Assembly: GCA_040394775.1 (NCBI GenBank)
Contig: JBEBRN010000002.1
Coordinates: 10,486-74,485 of the forward strand
From: Taishania pollutisoli
GTDB taxonomy: Bacteria; Bacteroidota; Bacteroidia; Flavobacteriales_D; Crocinitomicaceae
Direction: 5' to 3'
Length of the DNA stretch: 64,000 nt
The position numbers and the translations under genes are program-made. Each line of letters opens with the position of its first letter. Position 1 is the stretch's first letter. The notes beneath the pieces were generated by a model that was not told the origin of the DNA, searched no databases, and was given only the letters and a program-made list of their open reading frames with translations. Of the stretch, positions 1-9,374 are shown one piece after another.

Positions 1-1
1 C

Positions 2-1207
2 TCTAATCCAACTGTTCAATTGTTTGCCTCTGTGTATGGAACGACACTAACACAATATACGTGGTCAGGACCAGGTATTGTGGCTGGTGGAAATACGGCT
101 ACTCCAACGGTCAATCAACCCGGAACTTATACCGTCGATATTACCACTGGAGGAAATTGTCCAGGATCGGGAACCAAACAAGTGGTTGTTACAAAAACGG
201 GTAATCTTTCAGTAATGATTCATTCGACGAATCCTGAAATTTGTTTAGGAGAGAGTTCTGATATAACAGCCATTCCTTCTGGTGGAACAGCTCCATACAC
301 TTTTGTGTGGGACAATGGATTAACAGGAGGAAATGCACACACGGTATCGCCTACTACAACAACAATCTATGAAGTTTTGGTTATGGATGTTACGGGTTGT
401 TTAGGAGACACAACAATAACCGTAATAGTAAATAATCTTCCTACAGTGGATGCTGGTTCTCCTCAAGCAATTTGTGTGGGTGAATCAGTTACACTCACAG
501 GTAGTGGTGCGACATCTTACACATGGGATAATGGCGTTACAGACGGCGTTGCTTTTACACCCATAATAACAACAACATATACAGTAGTTGGGAAAGATAC
601 TAGCAATTGTAGTGGCACCGATCAAGTGCTGATTACGGTGCTACCTTTACCAACTGTTTCAGCTGGAGAAAATCAAATCATTTGTGCAGGAACCGCTGTT
701 ACACTATCAGGTAGTGGTGCATCCTCTTATTCATGGGATAATGGTGTAGAAAACGACGTGGCATTCGTTCCTTCAGTCACAACTACTTATAAAGTGAGTG
801 GAACGGATGACCTTGGTTGTCATAATTCAGGGATGGTGACTATAACAGTTGAAATTTGTGGTTGTATCGATCCACTTGCTCTGAATTATAATGGCAATGC
901 GACGATAAGTGACAATTCATGTATTTACCAAGAACCTACTTTGGAATGGCCGAATATTTTCACGCCAAACGATGACCAAATAAACGATGTATATGAATAC
1001 ACGAAAGCAGGTATAATTCAATTAGAATATTGGATTTTTAACCGTTGGGGAAGCCTGATGTTTCAAGCTGACGAGTTGAATAAGTACTGGGATGGAAAAG
1101 TCAGTGGAAGTAATGCTTTAGACGGAGTCTATTTTGTCAAATACAAAGCAAAAGGTATCAACGGAAAAGAATTTGAAGGACATACATTTTTCCATTTGGT
1201 TCGATAA
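2..1207 (+). CDS. Secreted Ig-repeat protein with T9SS type B (gliding-motility-associated C-terminal) sorting domain; 5' end cut by the window edge
   Basis: The frame is open from nt 2, with no stop before the TTG at 20, so the gene starts upstream of the window. It has ~70-aa tandem Ig-like repeats, each with C-x-GESVTL-x-GSGA-x-SY-x-WDNG. The C-terminus PNIFTPNDDQINDVY...YWDGK...GVYFVKY...FFHLVR matches the type B sorting domain pattern. Confidence 0.85.
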   Translation, partial: SNPTVQLFASVYGTTLTQYTWSGPGIVAGGNTATPTVNQPGTYTVDITTGGNCPGSGTKQVVVTKTGNLSVMIHSTNPEICLGESSDITAIPSGGTAPYTFVWDNGLTGGNAHTVSPTTTTIYEVLVMDVTGCLGDTTITVIVNNLPTVDAGSPQAICVGESVTLTGSGATSYTWDNGVTDGVAFTPIITTTYTVVGKDTSNCSGTDQVLITVLPLPTVSAGENQIICAGTAVTLSGSGASSYSWDNGVENDVAFVPSVTTTYKVSGTDDLGCHNSGMVTITVEICGCIDPLALNYNGNATISDNSCIYQEPTLEWPNIFTPNDDQINDVYEYTKAGIIQLEYWIFNRWGSLMFQADELNKYWDGKVSGSNALDGVYFVKYKAKGINGKEFEGHTFFHLVR

Positions 1208-1334
1208 ATCCAGTAGATTACTTCTATCTTTAGATATCTTTACACTACAAAAATCCATAACAAAAAAAGCTTGGAACATATTTTGCTACTACCCAAAAAA
1301 TTCTTGTATTTTTACATTCTAAAGTAACATAATT

Positions 1335-2417
1335 ATGAAAAAAATGAAATATTCATTCGGAGTTGTTATCCTTTTGATGATGACGTTGTCCTCTTTTACA
1401 TTTGGTCAAGATTTGGCTGATGGAATTTACGCTAAGTTCACTACTAACCGTGGAGAAATACTCGTTAAATTATACGCCGATGAGGTACCGATGACAGTTG
1501 CTAACTTTGTTGGACTAGCAGAAGGAAACTTTGTGATGGGTGATAAAAAATTCGACAAACCTTTTTATGATGGATTGAAATTCCACCGTGTGATTAGTAA
1601 ATTAAATGGTGATCAAGGTGATTTCATGATCCAAGGTGGCGACCCTGAAGGAACAGGAGCAGGTGGACCAGGATATAGTTTTCCTGATGAATTTGTAGAT
1701 ACATTGAAACATAGTACTCCAGGATATCTATCTATGGCGAATTCAGGCCCTGCAACAAATGGCTCTCAGTTCTTCATCACCTTAGTTCCTACTCCTTGGT
1801 TGGACGGAAAGCATACTATTTTTGGAAAAGTTATTAAAGGTCAAGAGGTTGTCAATACAACATTGGCGAATGACGTTATTGAGAAGTTAGAGATTGTTCG
1901 AATAGGTAAAAAATACACTAAAGCCAATTGGGATGCAACTCAAAAATTCAATGAGAAATATGCATCGTTTAAAAAGGCAGAAGACGAAGAATTAGCACGT
2001 CTTGAGAAAATTGGAGCGATGAGCAAAGATGATTACAAAAAATATTCATACGAACAAGCATTGAAATTGTATCCAAAAGCAAAACAAACGGCGAGTGGTC
2101 TTTCGTATGTTATTTTGAACGAAGGAACTGGACCAAAAGTGCAGGCTGGAAATCAATTGAAAGTGCATTATACTGGAAAATTCCTAGACGGTAAAGTCTT
2201 CGATTCTTCTATTCCAAGAGGCGAGCCGATGGAGTTTACGTACAAAACACAATCTATGATTCCAGGTTTTGAAGAAGGCTTGTCCTTATTAGGAAAAGGT
2301 GGAAAAGCAATTATCGTTATTCCTTATTACGATGCTTATGGACCAATGGGACGACCAGGAGCAATTCCTGCTTATGCTGATTTGATTTTTGAAATTGAAA
2401 TAGTAGACGTCCAATAA
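1335..2417 (+). CDS. Dual-domain peptidyl-prolyl isomerase: signal peptide, cyclophilin domain, linker, FKBP domain
   Basis: The N-terminus [25 protein letters not shown] looks like a signal peptide. Cyclophilin motifs are [30 protein letters not shown] and [11 protein letters not shown]. After a K/E-rich linker comes an FKBP domain: [41 protein letters not shown]. Confidence 0.93.
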   Translation: MKKMKYSFGVVILLMMTLSSFTFGQDLADGIYAKFTTNRGEILVKLYADEVPMTVANFVGLAEGNFVMGDKKFDKPFYDGLKFHRVISKLNGDQGDFMIQGGDPEGTGAGGPGYSFPDEFVDTLKHSTPGYLSMANSGPATNGSQFFITLVPTPWLDGKHTIFGKVIKGQEVVNTTLANDVIEKLEIVRIGKKYTKANWDATQKFNEKYASFKKAEDEELARLEKIGAMSKDDYKKYSYEQALKLYPKAKQTASGLSYVILNEGTGPKVQAGNQLKVHYTGKFLDGKVFDSSIPRGEPMEFTYKTQSMIPGFEEGLSLLGKGGKAIIVIPYYDAYGPMGRPGAIPAYADLIFEIEIVDVQ

Positions 2418-2876
2418 ATTTAAAATGAATTTTAGCTGTTTGAATAGATTTTGAGGGTTAAATTTATTTTGATGTGATACTTATCGTAAAGATAATTTTC
2501 ACAGACAAATGACAATTCTAAACGCAACGAGTGATTAGGATATCGTATTGATTTTTTCATCGGGACCCAAACGACGACCACAAAGTAGCACCGTAGGTAA
2601 ATTGCCGTCACAAAAATAACTGTTTGAGCGCTAGCGAGTTTTATTTTTACAAGCAATAAGGAAGATTTGGGTGATGAAAAAGATCACGACGATGTGGTTT
2701 TTCCTCAAAACTTCGGCACTAGCCGTTTCTCGTTTTCACGTCTTCAAAAGCAGAGCTTTTTCTCTTTTTGACGGACAAAAAGTAAAAGAAAAATAAAGAA
2801 TTGATATTTCAAGCATCATTAAAAATTGTAACTCAGCACTTCAAAATAAAATAATCCCGATTTTGAACAGCTACAA

Positions 2877-2907
2877 TTTGATTTTAGGGTAGATTATAGT
2901 AGTTTTG
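2877..2907 (+). promoter_or_regulatory. Candidate Bacteroidota sigma-A promoter for the scoB operon
   Basis: TTTG at 2877-2880 and TAGTTTTG at 2900-2907 match the TTTG / TAnnTTTG consensus. There are 19 nt between them, and the -7 box lies 25 nt upstream of the ATG at 2932. Confidence 0.5.
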
Positions 2908-2931
2908 GGAAACGTATTCAAATAAAACAAA

Positions 2932-3591
2932 ATGGCATTAGATAAAAACGGTATTGCTAAACGCATCGCACAAGAATTACAAGACGGTTGGTATGTGAAT
3001 TTAGGAATCGGTATTCCGACATTAGTGGTGAATTACATTCCTCAAGGAATCGAAGTAGAGTTTCAATCTGAAAATGGTATTTTAGGAATGGGACCTTTTC
3101 CTTTTGAAGGAGAAGAAGATGCCGATTATATCAATGCTGGAAAACAAACCATTACGGTGAAAGAAGGTGCGGCGTTTTTTGATTCTGCGACTTCTTTTGC
3201 GATGATTCGTGGTCAACACGTTCAGTTAACGGTTTTAGGTGCTATGGAAGTTTCTCAAAATGGTGATATCGCAAGTTGGAAAATCCCAGGAAAAATGGTG
3301 AAAGGAATGGGCGGAGCAATGGATTTAGTCGCTTCGGCTCAGAATATCATTGTTGCCATGATGCACACTAATAAGGCTGGCGAAAGCAAAATATTGAAAG
3401 AATGTACATTGCCCTTAACAGGTGTCAATTGCGTGAAAAAAATTGTAACAGAATTGGCTGTAATGGAAGTGAAAGATGGTAAATTTCATCTGATTGAAAG
3501 AGCACCAGGTGTATCTGTTGAAGAGATTATCGAAAAAACAGCTGGCGATTTAGTGGTGCCAGCGTCAGTTCCAGAAATGAAATTGGATTGA
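2932..3591 (+). CDS. scoB: 3-oxoacid CoA-transferase, subunit B
   Basis: The N-terminus [23 protein letters not shown], the catalytic-Glu motif [11 protein letters not shown] and GGAMDL are typical of the ScoB/AtoA B subunit. Length is 219 aa. Confidence 0.9.
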   Translation: MALDKNGIAKRIAQELQDGWYVNLGIGIPTLVVNYIPQGIEVEFQSENGILGMGPFPFEGEEDADYINAGKQTITVKEGAAFFDSATSFAMIRGQHVQLTVLGAMEVSQNGDIASWKIPGKMVKGMGGAMDLVASAQNIIVAMMHTNKAGESKILKECTLPLTGVNCVKKIVTELAVMEVKDGKFHLIERAPGVSVEEIIEKTAGDLVVPASVPEMKLD

Positions 3592-5315
3592 TGCAATTTT
3601 CTACCAATAAATTAAATATAAGCTTCTTCTTAAGAGAGCTGATTATTGGTCTCCTACTTTTTTTCATTTATAATAACTACATGCTCAAAAAGGAGGTGGT
3701 TATTAATGCCGATGGAAGAGGTTATTATGAATATTTACCAGCGCTTTTTATTTATAAGGACATTCATTTTCGATATTTAGATACGTTGGAGACGGATTAT
3801 TACGATGCCGAACTGATGAAAGGGTTCTATGTGAATCCAAAATTTGAAAATCGCGTTGATAAATATTTTGTTGGAACGTCACTTTTACAAAGTCCTTTTT
3901 TTGCTTTCGAGCATATAAAGACAAAAGTTTTTCATAAAGAGATTAGGGCGGACGGATTCTCATATCCGTATCAAAAAGGCATTTTATATGCAGCAATGTT
4001 CTATCTTTTACTAGGACTTATTTTTATTCGAAAATTACTCGAAACGTATGAAGTTAATGGGTGGCATATTTTTCTCATGCAACTCTCCATTTTATTCTGC
4101 ACCTCTCTTTTTACGTACACAATGTACGATTCTGCGTATAGCCATGTGTATTCCTTCTTTCTGATAAGTGGATTTTTATTGGTTGTTCGAAAGTTCTTTT
4201 TGACAGAAAAACCCTATTATATTTTAGGGACATTTTTATTTTTAGGGCTCATTACCATCGTTCGACCTGTCAATATCCTCGTCGTCCTTTTTATTCCTAT
4301 GCTGACTGTTTCGTGGAAGGAATTTTTACTAAAATTCATCCAGCTTTTTCAAAAGCATTGGCGATTCTTACTGATTGGAATCGTCCTTTTTTTGGCGGTA
4401 TTAAGTATTCAATTTTATATTTCTTATTTACAAACAGGAAATCCTTTTAACTATAATTATGGGGACGAAAAATTTGATTTTCTACATCCTCATTTCCTCG
4501 ACTTTCTGTTTAGTTACCGTAAAGGATTTTTTCTTTGGAGTCCGTGGTGGCTTATTACCTTTTTACTAGGAATTTTCTTTTGGGTTAAGAAAAAGAACTA
4601 TTATCATTTGGTGACGTTTCTAATCGCTTTTATCATAGTCACATTTGTCTTTTCTTCATGGGAATCTTGGGCTTACGGAGGTAGTCATGGATCTAGACCG
4701 ATGGTTGATTTTTATGGTGCTTTTGCACTTTTAGCCGTTCCAATTTTCACTTCAGGTAAGAAATTCATTTACTGGCTTTTCCTTGTTGTGTCCTTTCCTT
4801 TAGCAGTGATTAATCTAATTCAAACAGTTCAATATCAAAAAGCAATTATCTATTGGGATAATATGGATAAAGAAAAATATTGGCAAATATTTCTCACCAC
4901 AAATGATAAATACAGTTGGTATTTTTGGCGAGAACAAATTGAAATAGGTGGACAACAATCAAAAGTGGTTCTTTTAGAAGACGTAGATATAAAACCGACC
5001 GATAGTTATGAAATCAAAGATTTAGAAGTAACTTCCATTGATTCTCTTTCACAGTTTGGTCAATTTGTAGTAGTTTTGGACCGAGAAGCAGACAATGAAT
5101 ACATGGAATTAAGGATGTATGACTCTTTAGGGAATCAATTATGGTATGATTTGCAACGATTTTTCTATCGTCAAGAAGAGAATCAAGTAATCTATAATTT
5201 TGTTCTTCCTGAAGAAAAGTTACAAGTAAAAAAGATAGGAATTTCAATAAGAAATGTGAGAAAACCATTAAAAATCAAGAAGGCAACTTTCGGGACACAT
5301 TATTCTTTAAATTAG
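3591..5315 (+). CDS. Polytopic membrane protein, possibly a GT-C-fold glycosyltransferase (function inferred)
   Basis: Many hydrophobic helices across the first ~420 aa, then a soluble ~130-aa C-terminus. ATG 3591 overlaps the scoB stop (TGATG); the track's TTG at 3588 is less likely. It is followed directly by a polyprenyl-phosphate-type GT2, the usual partner of GT-C enzymes. Confidence 0.6.
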   Translation: MQFSTNKLNISFFLRELIIGLLLFFIYNNYMLKKEVVINADGRGYYEYLPALFIYKDIHFRYLDTLETDYYDAELMKGFYVNPKFENRVDKYFVGTSLLQSPFFAFEHIKTKVFHKEIRADGFSYPYQKGILYAAMFYLLLGLIFIRKLLETYEVNGWHIFLMQLSILFCTSLFTYTMYDSAYSHVYSFFLISGFLLVVRKFFLTEKPYYILGTFLFLGLITIVRPVNILVVLFIPMLTVSWKEFLLKFIQLFQKHWRFLLIGIVLFLAVLSIQFYISYLQTGNPFNYNYGDEKFDFLHPHFLDFLFSYRKGFFLWSPWWLITFLLGIFFWVKKKNYYHLVTFLIAFIIVTFVFSSWESWAYGGSHGSRPMVDFYGAFALLAVPIFTSGKKFIYWLFLVVSFPLAVINLIQTVQYQKAIIYWDNMDKEKYWQIFLTTNDKYSWYFWREQIEIGGQQSKVVLLEDVDIKPTDSYEIKDLEVTSIDSLSQFGQFVVVLDREADNEYMELRMYDSLGNQLWYDLQRFFYRQEENQVIYNFVLPEEKLQVKKIGISIRNVRKPLKIKKATFGTHYSLN

Positions 5316-5340
5316 TAAAAATAAACGCATAGTTAATACA

Positions 5341-6060
5341 ATGAGCATTCAAAAATTATCGATTTTAATTCCTGCTTATAATGAGGGACCAACGATTCAT
5401 CTTATTTTAGATCGCATTAAAGCTGTTCAGCTTCCAAATGCCATCGAAAAGGAAATCATTATTGTAAACGATTGTTCCTCCGACAACACTGTTGAGCGTA
5501 TTGAGGAATATATGCGAAGCAATCCGGATATGACCATTACGTTATTTTCTCAATCACATAATCAAGGAAAAGGAGCGGCTATTACGCGAGCTATTAAAGA
5601 ATGTACAGGCGATTATCTTGTCATTCAAGATGCTGACTTAGAGTATGATCCAGAGGATTATCTGTTGTTGATTAAGCCTGTTTTAATGGACAATGCAGAT
5701 GTGGTTTATGGTTCTCGTTTTGTGGGTCATCATCCACATCGGATTTTATTCTTCTGGCATTCTATCGGAAATAAATTTTTGACTTTCCTTTCAAATATGA
5801 TGACCAACCTTAATTTGACAGACATGGAGACGTGTTATAAATTGATGCGTTCATCCATCGCTAAAAACATCACGATAACAGAAAATCGCTTCGGAATAGA
5901 ACCTGAAATCACCGCTAAATTAGCGCGAGTTCCAAAAGTAAAAATTTACGAAGTGGGTATTTCTTACTACGGAAGAACCTATGAAGAAGGAAAGAAGATA
6001 GGTGCAAAAGATGGTTTTAGAGCTATTTATTGTATTTTCAAATATAAATTTGTGAAGTAA
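5341..6060 (+). CDS. Family 2 glycosyltransferase (polyprenyl-phosphate sugar synthase-like)
   Basis: [28 protein letters not shown] and [11 protein letters not shown] are the GT2 DxD-type signature. Its ~240-aa size fits the Dpm1/ArnC-like enzymes. Confidence 0.85.
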   Translation: MSIQKLSILIPAYNEGPTIHLILDRIKAVQLPNAIEKEIIIVNDCSSDNTVERIEEYMRSNPDMTITLFSQSHNQGKGAAITRAIKECTGDYLVIQDADLEYDPEDYLLLIKPVLMDNADVVYGSRFVGHHPHRILFFWHSIGNKFLTFLSNMMTNLNLTDMETCYKLMRSSIAKNITITENRFGIEPEITAKLARVPKVKIYEVGISYYGRTYEEGKKIGAKDGFRAIYCIFKYKFVK

Positions 6061-6062
6061 TT

Positions 6063-7259
6063 ATGTATAAGATTGACGGATACGACTTTAACGGAAAAAG
6101 AGCATTGATTAGAGTAGATTTCAATGTTCCATTAGATAAGGAAACACTAGAAATTGTAGATGACACACGAATTCGTGCGGCACTTCCTACTATTAAATCT
6201 ATTTTAGAAAAAGGTGGTAGCGTTGTTTTAATGTCACATTTGGGTCGACCAAAAGAAGGCTTTGAAGATAAATACTCTTTAAAACACATTGTAACTAGAG
6301 TTTCTGAATTATTAGGTCGTGAAGTGAAGTTCGCAACAGATTGTATTGGAAAAGAAACACTTGAAATGAGTGCGAATTTAAAGCCTGGAGAAATTCTATT
6401 GTTAGAGAACTTACGTTTTTACAAGCAAGAAACAGCAGGTACAGACTCATTTGCACAAGAATTAGCAAAACATGGGGATGTATATGTAAACGATGCTTTT
6501 GGGACGGCACACAGGGCACATGCTAGCACTACCGTTATTGCCAACTACTTTCCGAACGACAAAATGTTTGGTTATTTATTGGAGAAAGAAATCGAAAACG
6601 TCGATAAGGTATTGAATGCAAAAGAGAAACCCGTGACTGCTATCGTCGGTGGTGCGAAAGTATCGTCTAAGATTACGATTATTGAACGTCTTTTATCAAA
6701 AGTAGACTATCTAATCGTTGGTGGTGGAATGGCGTACACCTTTGTGAAAGCAATGGGTGGAAAAGTAGGCAACTCTTTGGTTGAAGACGATTATTTGGAA
6801 ACAGCTCGTGAAATATTGGCCAAAGCAAAGGAAGAAAATGTGAATGTTATCATTCCTGTTGATACGATTATTGCCGATAAATTTGACAATAATGCCAATC
6901 GCCAAACGGTTGATATCAACGAAATTCCAGATGGTTGGATGGGATTAGATATTGCCGATAAAACATCTGAAATGTGTCGTGAAGTAATATTAAACTCGAA
7001 GGTTATTTTATGGAATGGACCAATGGGCGTTTTTGAAATGGAGAACTTCCAGCAAGGAACATTGGATGTAGCGAATGCAATAGTTGAAGCAACCGAAAAT
7101 GGCGCCTTTTCTCTTATTGGTGGAGGTGATTCCGTTGCAGCAATTAACAAGTTTCATCTAGCAGACAAAGTGAGTTATGTCTCAACAGGTGGTGGAGCCA
7201 TGTTGGAATATTTAGAAGGAATTGAATTGCCCGGAGTTGCTGCAATTTTAAAGAAATAA
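6063..7259 (+). CDS. pgk: Phosphoglycerate kinase
   Basis: [33 protein letters not shown] and STGGGA are present. It is 398 aa and starts 2 nt after the GT2 stop. Confidence 0.97.
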   Translation: MYKIDGYDFNGKRALIRVDFNVPLDKETLEIVDDTRIRAALPTIKSILEKGGSVVLMSHLGRPKEGFEDKYSLKHIVTRVSELLGREVKFATDCIGKETLEMSANLKPGEILLLENLRFYKQETAGTDSFAQELAKHGDVYVNDAFGTAHRAHASTTVIANYFPNDKMFGYLLEKEIENVDKVLNAKEKPVTAIVGGAKVSSKITIIERLLSKVDYLIVGGGMAYTFVKAMGGKVGNSLVEDDYLETAREILAKAKEENVNVIIPVDTIIADKFDNNANRQTVDINEIPDGWMGLDIADKTSEMCREVILNSKVILWNGPMGVFEMENFQQGTLDVANAIVEATENGAFSLIGGGDSVAAINKFHLADKVSYVSTGGGAMLEYLEGIELPGVAAILKK

Positions 7260-7275
7260 ATACGATTGAATTCAT

Positions 7276-7298
7276 TCGCTGGATTATAAATCCAGCGA
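7276..7298. terminator. Hairpin between convergent pgk and the SDR gene
   Basis: TCGCTGGAT-tataa-ATCCAGCGA forms a perfect 9-bp stem in the 45-nt gap between two convergent genes. Confidence 0.65.
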
Positions 7299-7304
7299 TG
7301 CAAT

Positions 7305-7958
7305 TCAAAGTAAACGAGCCATTTCATCCCACTGATAAATTTTCACTTTCTCCGTTTGATTCTTTGCCGCATTATTCATTGCTTTAGCAACGTCTCTCCC
7401 TTCTATACCTTTGTATTTTTTGACTTTACCTACAAATATTGGATTTATAAACCGAAAGATTTGAATGAATGCTTTTTCAGCTGCTCGGTATTCTTTTCGG
7501 CTTCCCAATATCATCGATGGTTGAAAAATATGGGTGTGTTCAAAATTCAATGCTAGAATGTCTCTCTCGGCATCACCTTTCGTTTTGGTGTAGAATATCT
7601 TTGACTTAGAATTGGCGCCAATAGCAGTCACAATAAATACCGATTTTGCCCCATTTTCTTTCGCTAGCTGTGCTGCTAAAACTGGATAATCGTGATCTAC
7701 TTGATAGTATTCTTCTCGATTAGGTGTGTTTTTCTTGGTTGTTCCTAGCGTAATGAAAACATCATCAGCAACCAATTCCTCTTTCAATTGAGATAACGAA
7801 TGATAGTCGCCTATCAACGTTCTTAGTTTAGGATGAACAATTCCCTGATCTTTACGAACAACGATTGTAACAAGCTCGTAATCGGTGTTATTCAATAAGT
7901 CTAGAAGTAGATAGGAACCTATGTAACCTGTTGCACCAAATAGGAGGGCTTTTTTCAT
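7305..7958 (-). CDS. NAD(P)H-binding atypical SDR-family oxidoreductase
   Basis: N-terminal Rossmann motif LLFGATGYIGSYLL; 217 aa. Specific function unknown. Confidence 0.75.
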   Translation of the reverse strand: MKKALLFGATGYIGSYLLLDLLNNTDYELVTIVVRKDQGIVHPKLRTLIGDYHSLSQLKEELVADDVFITLGTTKKNTPNREEYYQVDHDYPVLAAQLAKENGAKSVFIVTAIGANSKSKIFYTKTKGDAERDILALNFEHTHIFQPSMILGSRKEYRAAEKAFIQIFRFINPIFVGKVKKYKGIEGRDVAKAMNNAAKNQTEKVKIYQWDEMARLL

Positions 7959-8081
7959 GTGGAAATGTGTGTTTGTTGTTTTATGTAAAGATACCGTTGT
8001 TTTCTATATATGTTATTTGAACGTGTAAAGATTTTGCGATTTCCTTTATATGTATGGGAAGAAGGCAGTGTTTTGTGTTAA

Positions 8082-8166
8082 GCTGTCCCTTCAGGACGGT
8101 AATGTGTAGCGTAGGTAACACGCAAGGCGATGCCTTGCGTTAAAAATGAGTTGCCCTTTCAGGGCG
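8082..8166 (-). repeat. GC-rich triple-hairpin repeat element, left copy
   Basis: Read on the minus strand it contains CGCCCTGAAAGGGCAAC (8150-8166), CGCAAGGC-atc-GCCTTGCG (8121-8139) and CGTCCTGAAGGGACAGC (8082-8098). This is the same order and spacing as the right copy. Confidence 0.7.
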
Positions 8167-8223
8167 GGCAAAGTGTAAACCTATTTCAGGACAATATATA
8201 ATAATGATATGTGACATTATAAA

Positions 8224-8311
8224 CGCCCTGTAGGGGCAACTTTTTCTATCCCAACGGCAACGCCTTGGGGTAGAAAAATGATAGTAAACGTCTTCGCCCT
8301 GAAGGGGCAAC
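8224..8311 (+). repeat. GC-rich triple-hairpin repeat element, right copy (inverted relative to the left copy)
   Basis: It contains CGCCCTGTAGGGGCAAC (8224-8240), CCCAACGGC-aac-GCCTTGGGG (8250-8270) and CGCCCTGAAGGGGCAAC (8295-8311). It ends 3 nt from the selD stop codon. Confidence 0.7.
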
Positions 8312-8314
8312 TCA

Positions 8315-9373
8315 CTACCTCACAATCATCACCTTTTCCTCTTTCGCGACCAATTTCCCAATTGGCTCAATGAAATCTCCATAACCATTCGATTCAAACA
8401 ATTCGCAAATTTCATCTACATTTTGCGGATTAACAGCTATAAGAAGACCGCCATTTGTTTGTGGATCGGGCAATAATTTGAATGCTTCTAACACATCAAC
8501 AGTGGATTCGATAGTCAATTTCTTTTCAATACTTTTCCAATTTCTAGAAGTAGCATCTGGGAAGATGTTAAGATCAATGTATTTTTTGATCATCTCCAAT
8601 TTTGGTACTTTCTGATAATCGATAATTGCCGTTAGATTAGAACCTTCCGCCATTTCAATTAAATGTCCACCTAAACCAAATCCAGTGACATCTGTCATCG
8701 CATGTACGGCTTCAATTTTTCCTAACTGCGCACCAAGATTGTTCAACTTTGTTAGTTGAGTATAAAGCACTTTTAAATCTTCGGGTTCAATTTGTGAACG
8801 TTTAGCAGCAGTTGATAAGATACCCAAACCAATCGGTTTCGTGAGGAATAATACATCGCCTTCTTTGGCCGTATTATTCTGCTTTAAATGCGCTAGCTGA
8901 ACACGACCATTTACCGATAAACCAAAAATAGGTTCTTTACTATCAATACTGTGACCGCCCGCAAGAGGAATATTCGCCGTTGCACAAACACTTCTAGCGC
9001 CTTCTAAAACACGACGTGCAAGTGATGCAGGCAAAGTATCTACTGGCCAACCTAAAATCGCTAAAGCCATCATAGGCTCGCCTCCCATGGCATATACATC
9101 ACTGATGGCGTTTGCGGCAGCGATACATCCAAAAGTGTAAGCGTCGTCGACTATAGGCATAAAGAAATCGGTCGTAGAGATTATCGCTTCCGTTTCACTG
9201 ATTTGATAAACAGCGGCATCGTCGTTGGCACCATTTCCAACGAGTAATTCTTTAAATGCTTTTTGTGGCGCATCTGTTTTGATGATATCTTCCAAAACAA
9301 GTGGTGCAATTTTACAACCGCAACCAGCACCGTGTGAATATTCCGTAAGTCGAATGTCAGTATCTTCTGTCAT
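8315..9373 (-). CDS. selD: Selenide, water dikinase (Cys-type)
   Basis: The N-terminal LTEYSHGAGCGCKIAP motif has Cys rather than Sec at the catalytic position. An AIR-synthase-like fold is suggested by DAAV, GGHSID and the rest of the sequence. Confidence 0.95.
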   Translation of the reverse strand: MTEDTDIRLTEYSHGAGCGCKIAPLVLEDIIKTDAPQKAFKELLVGNGANDDAAVYQISETEAIISTTDFFMPIVDDAYTFGCIAAANAISDVYAMGGEPMMALAILGWPVDTLPASLARRVLEGARSVCATANIPLAGGHSIDSKEPIFGLSVNGRVQLAHLKQNNTAKEGDVLFLTKPIGLGILSTAAKRSQIEPEDLKVLYTQLTKLNNLGAQLGKIEAVHAMTDVTGFGLGGHLIEMAEGSNLTAIIDYQKVPKLEMIKKYIDLNIFPDATSRNWKSIEKKLTIESTVDVLEAFKLLPDPQTNGGLLIAVNPQNVDEICELFESNGYGDFIEPIGKLVAKEEKVMIVR

Positions 9374-9374
9374 G

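Noticed and set aside
1134-1322. 62-aa ORF overlapping the end of the first CDS, plus several TTG- or GTG-extended starts in the ORF track (13681, 22857, 26550, 38180, 47775, 48932, 55793, 63417, 16983, 3588).
   Set aside because: The small ORF overlaps a supported gene out of frame. For the extended starts, an internal ATG gives a proper signal peptide, abuts the upstream stop codon, or both, so I used the shorter models.
2432-2656. 74-aa minus-strand ORF in the large spacer upstream of scoB.
   Set aside because: The translation is low-complexity, I recognise no family, and no start or promoter context is evident. The region is treated as non-coding in the findings.
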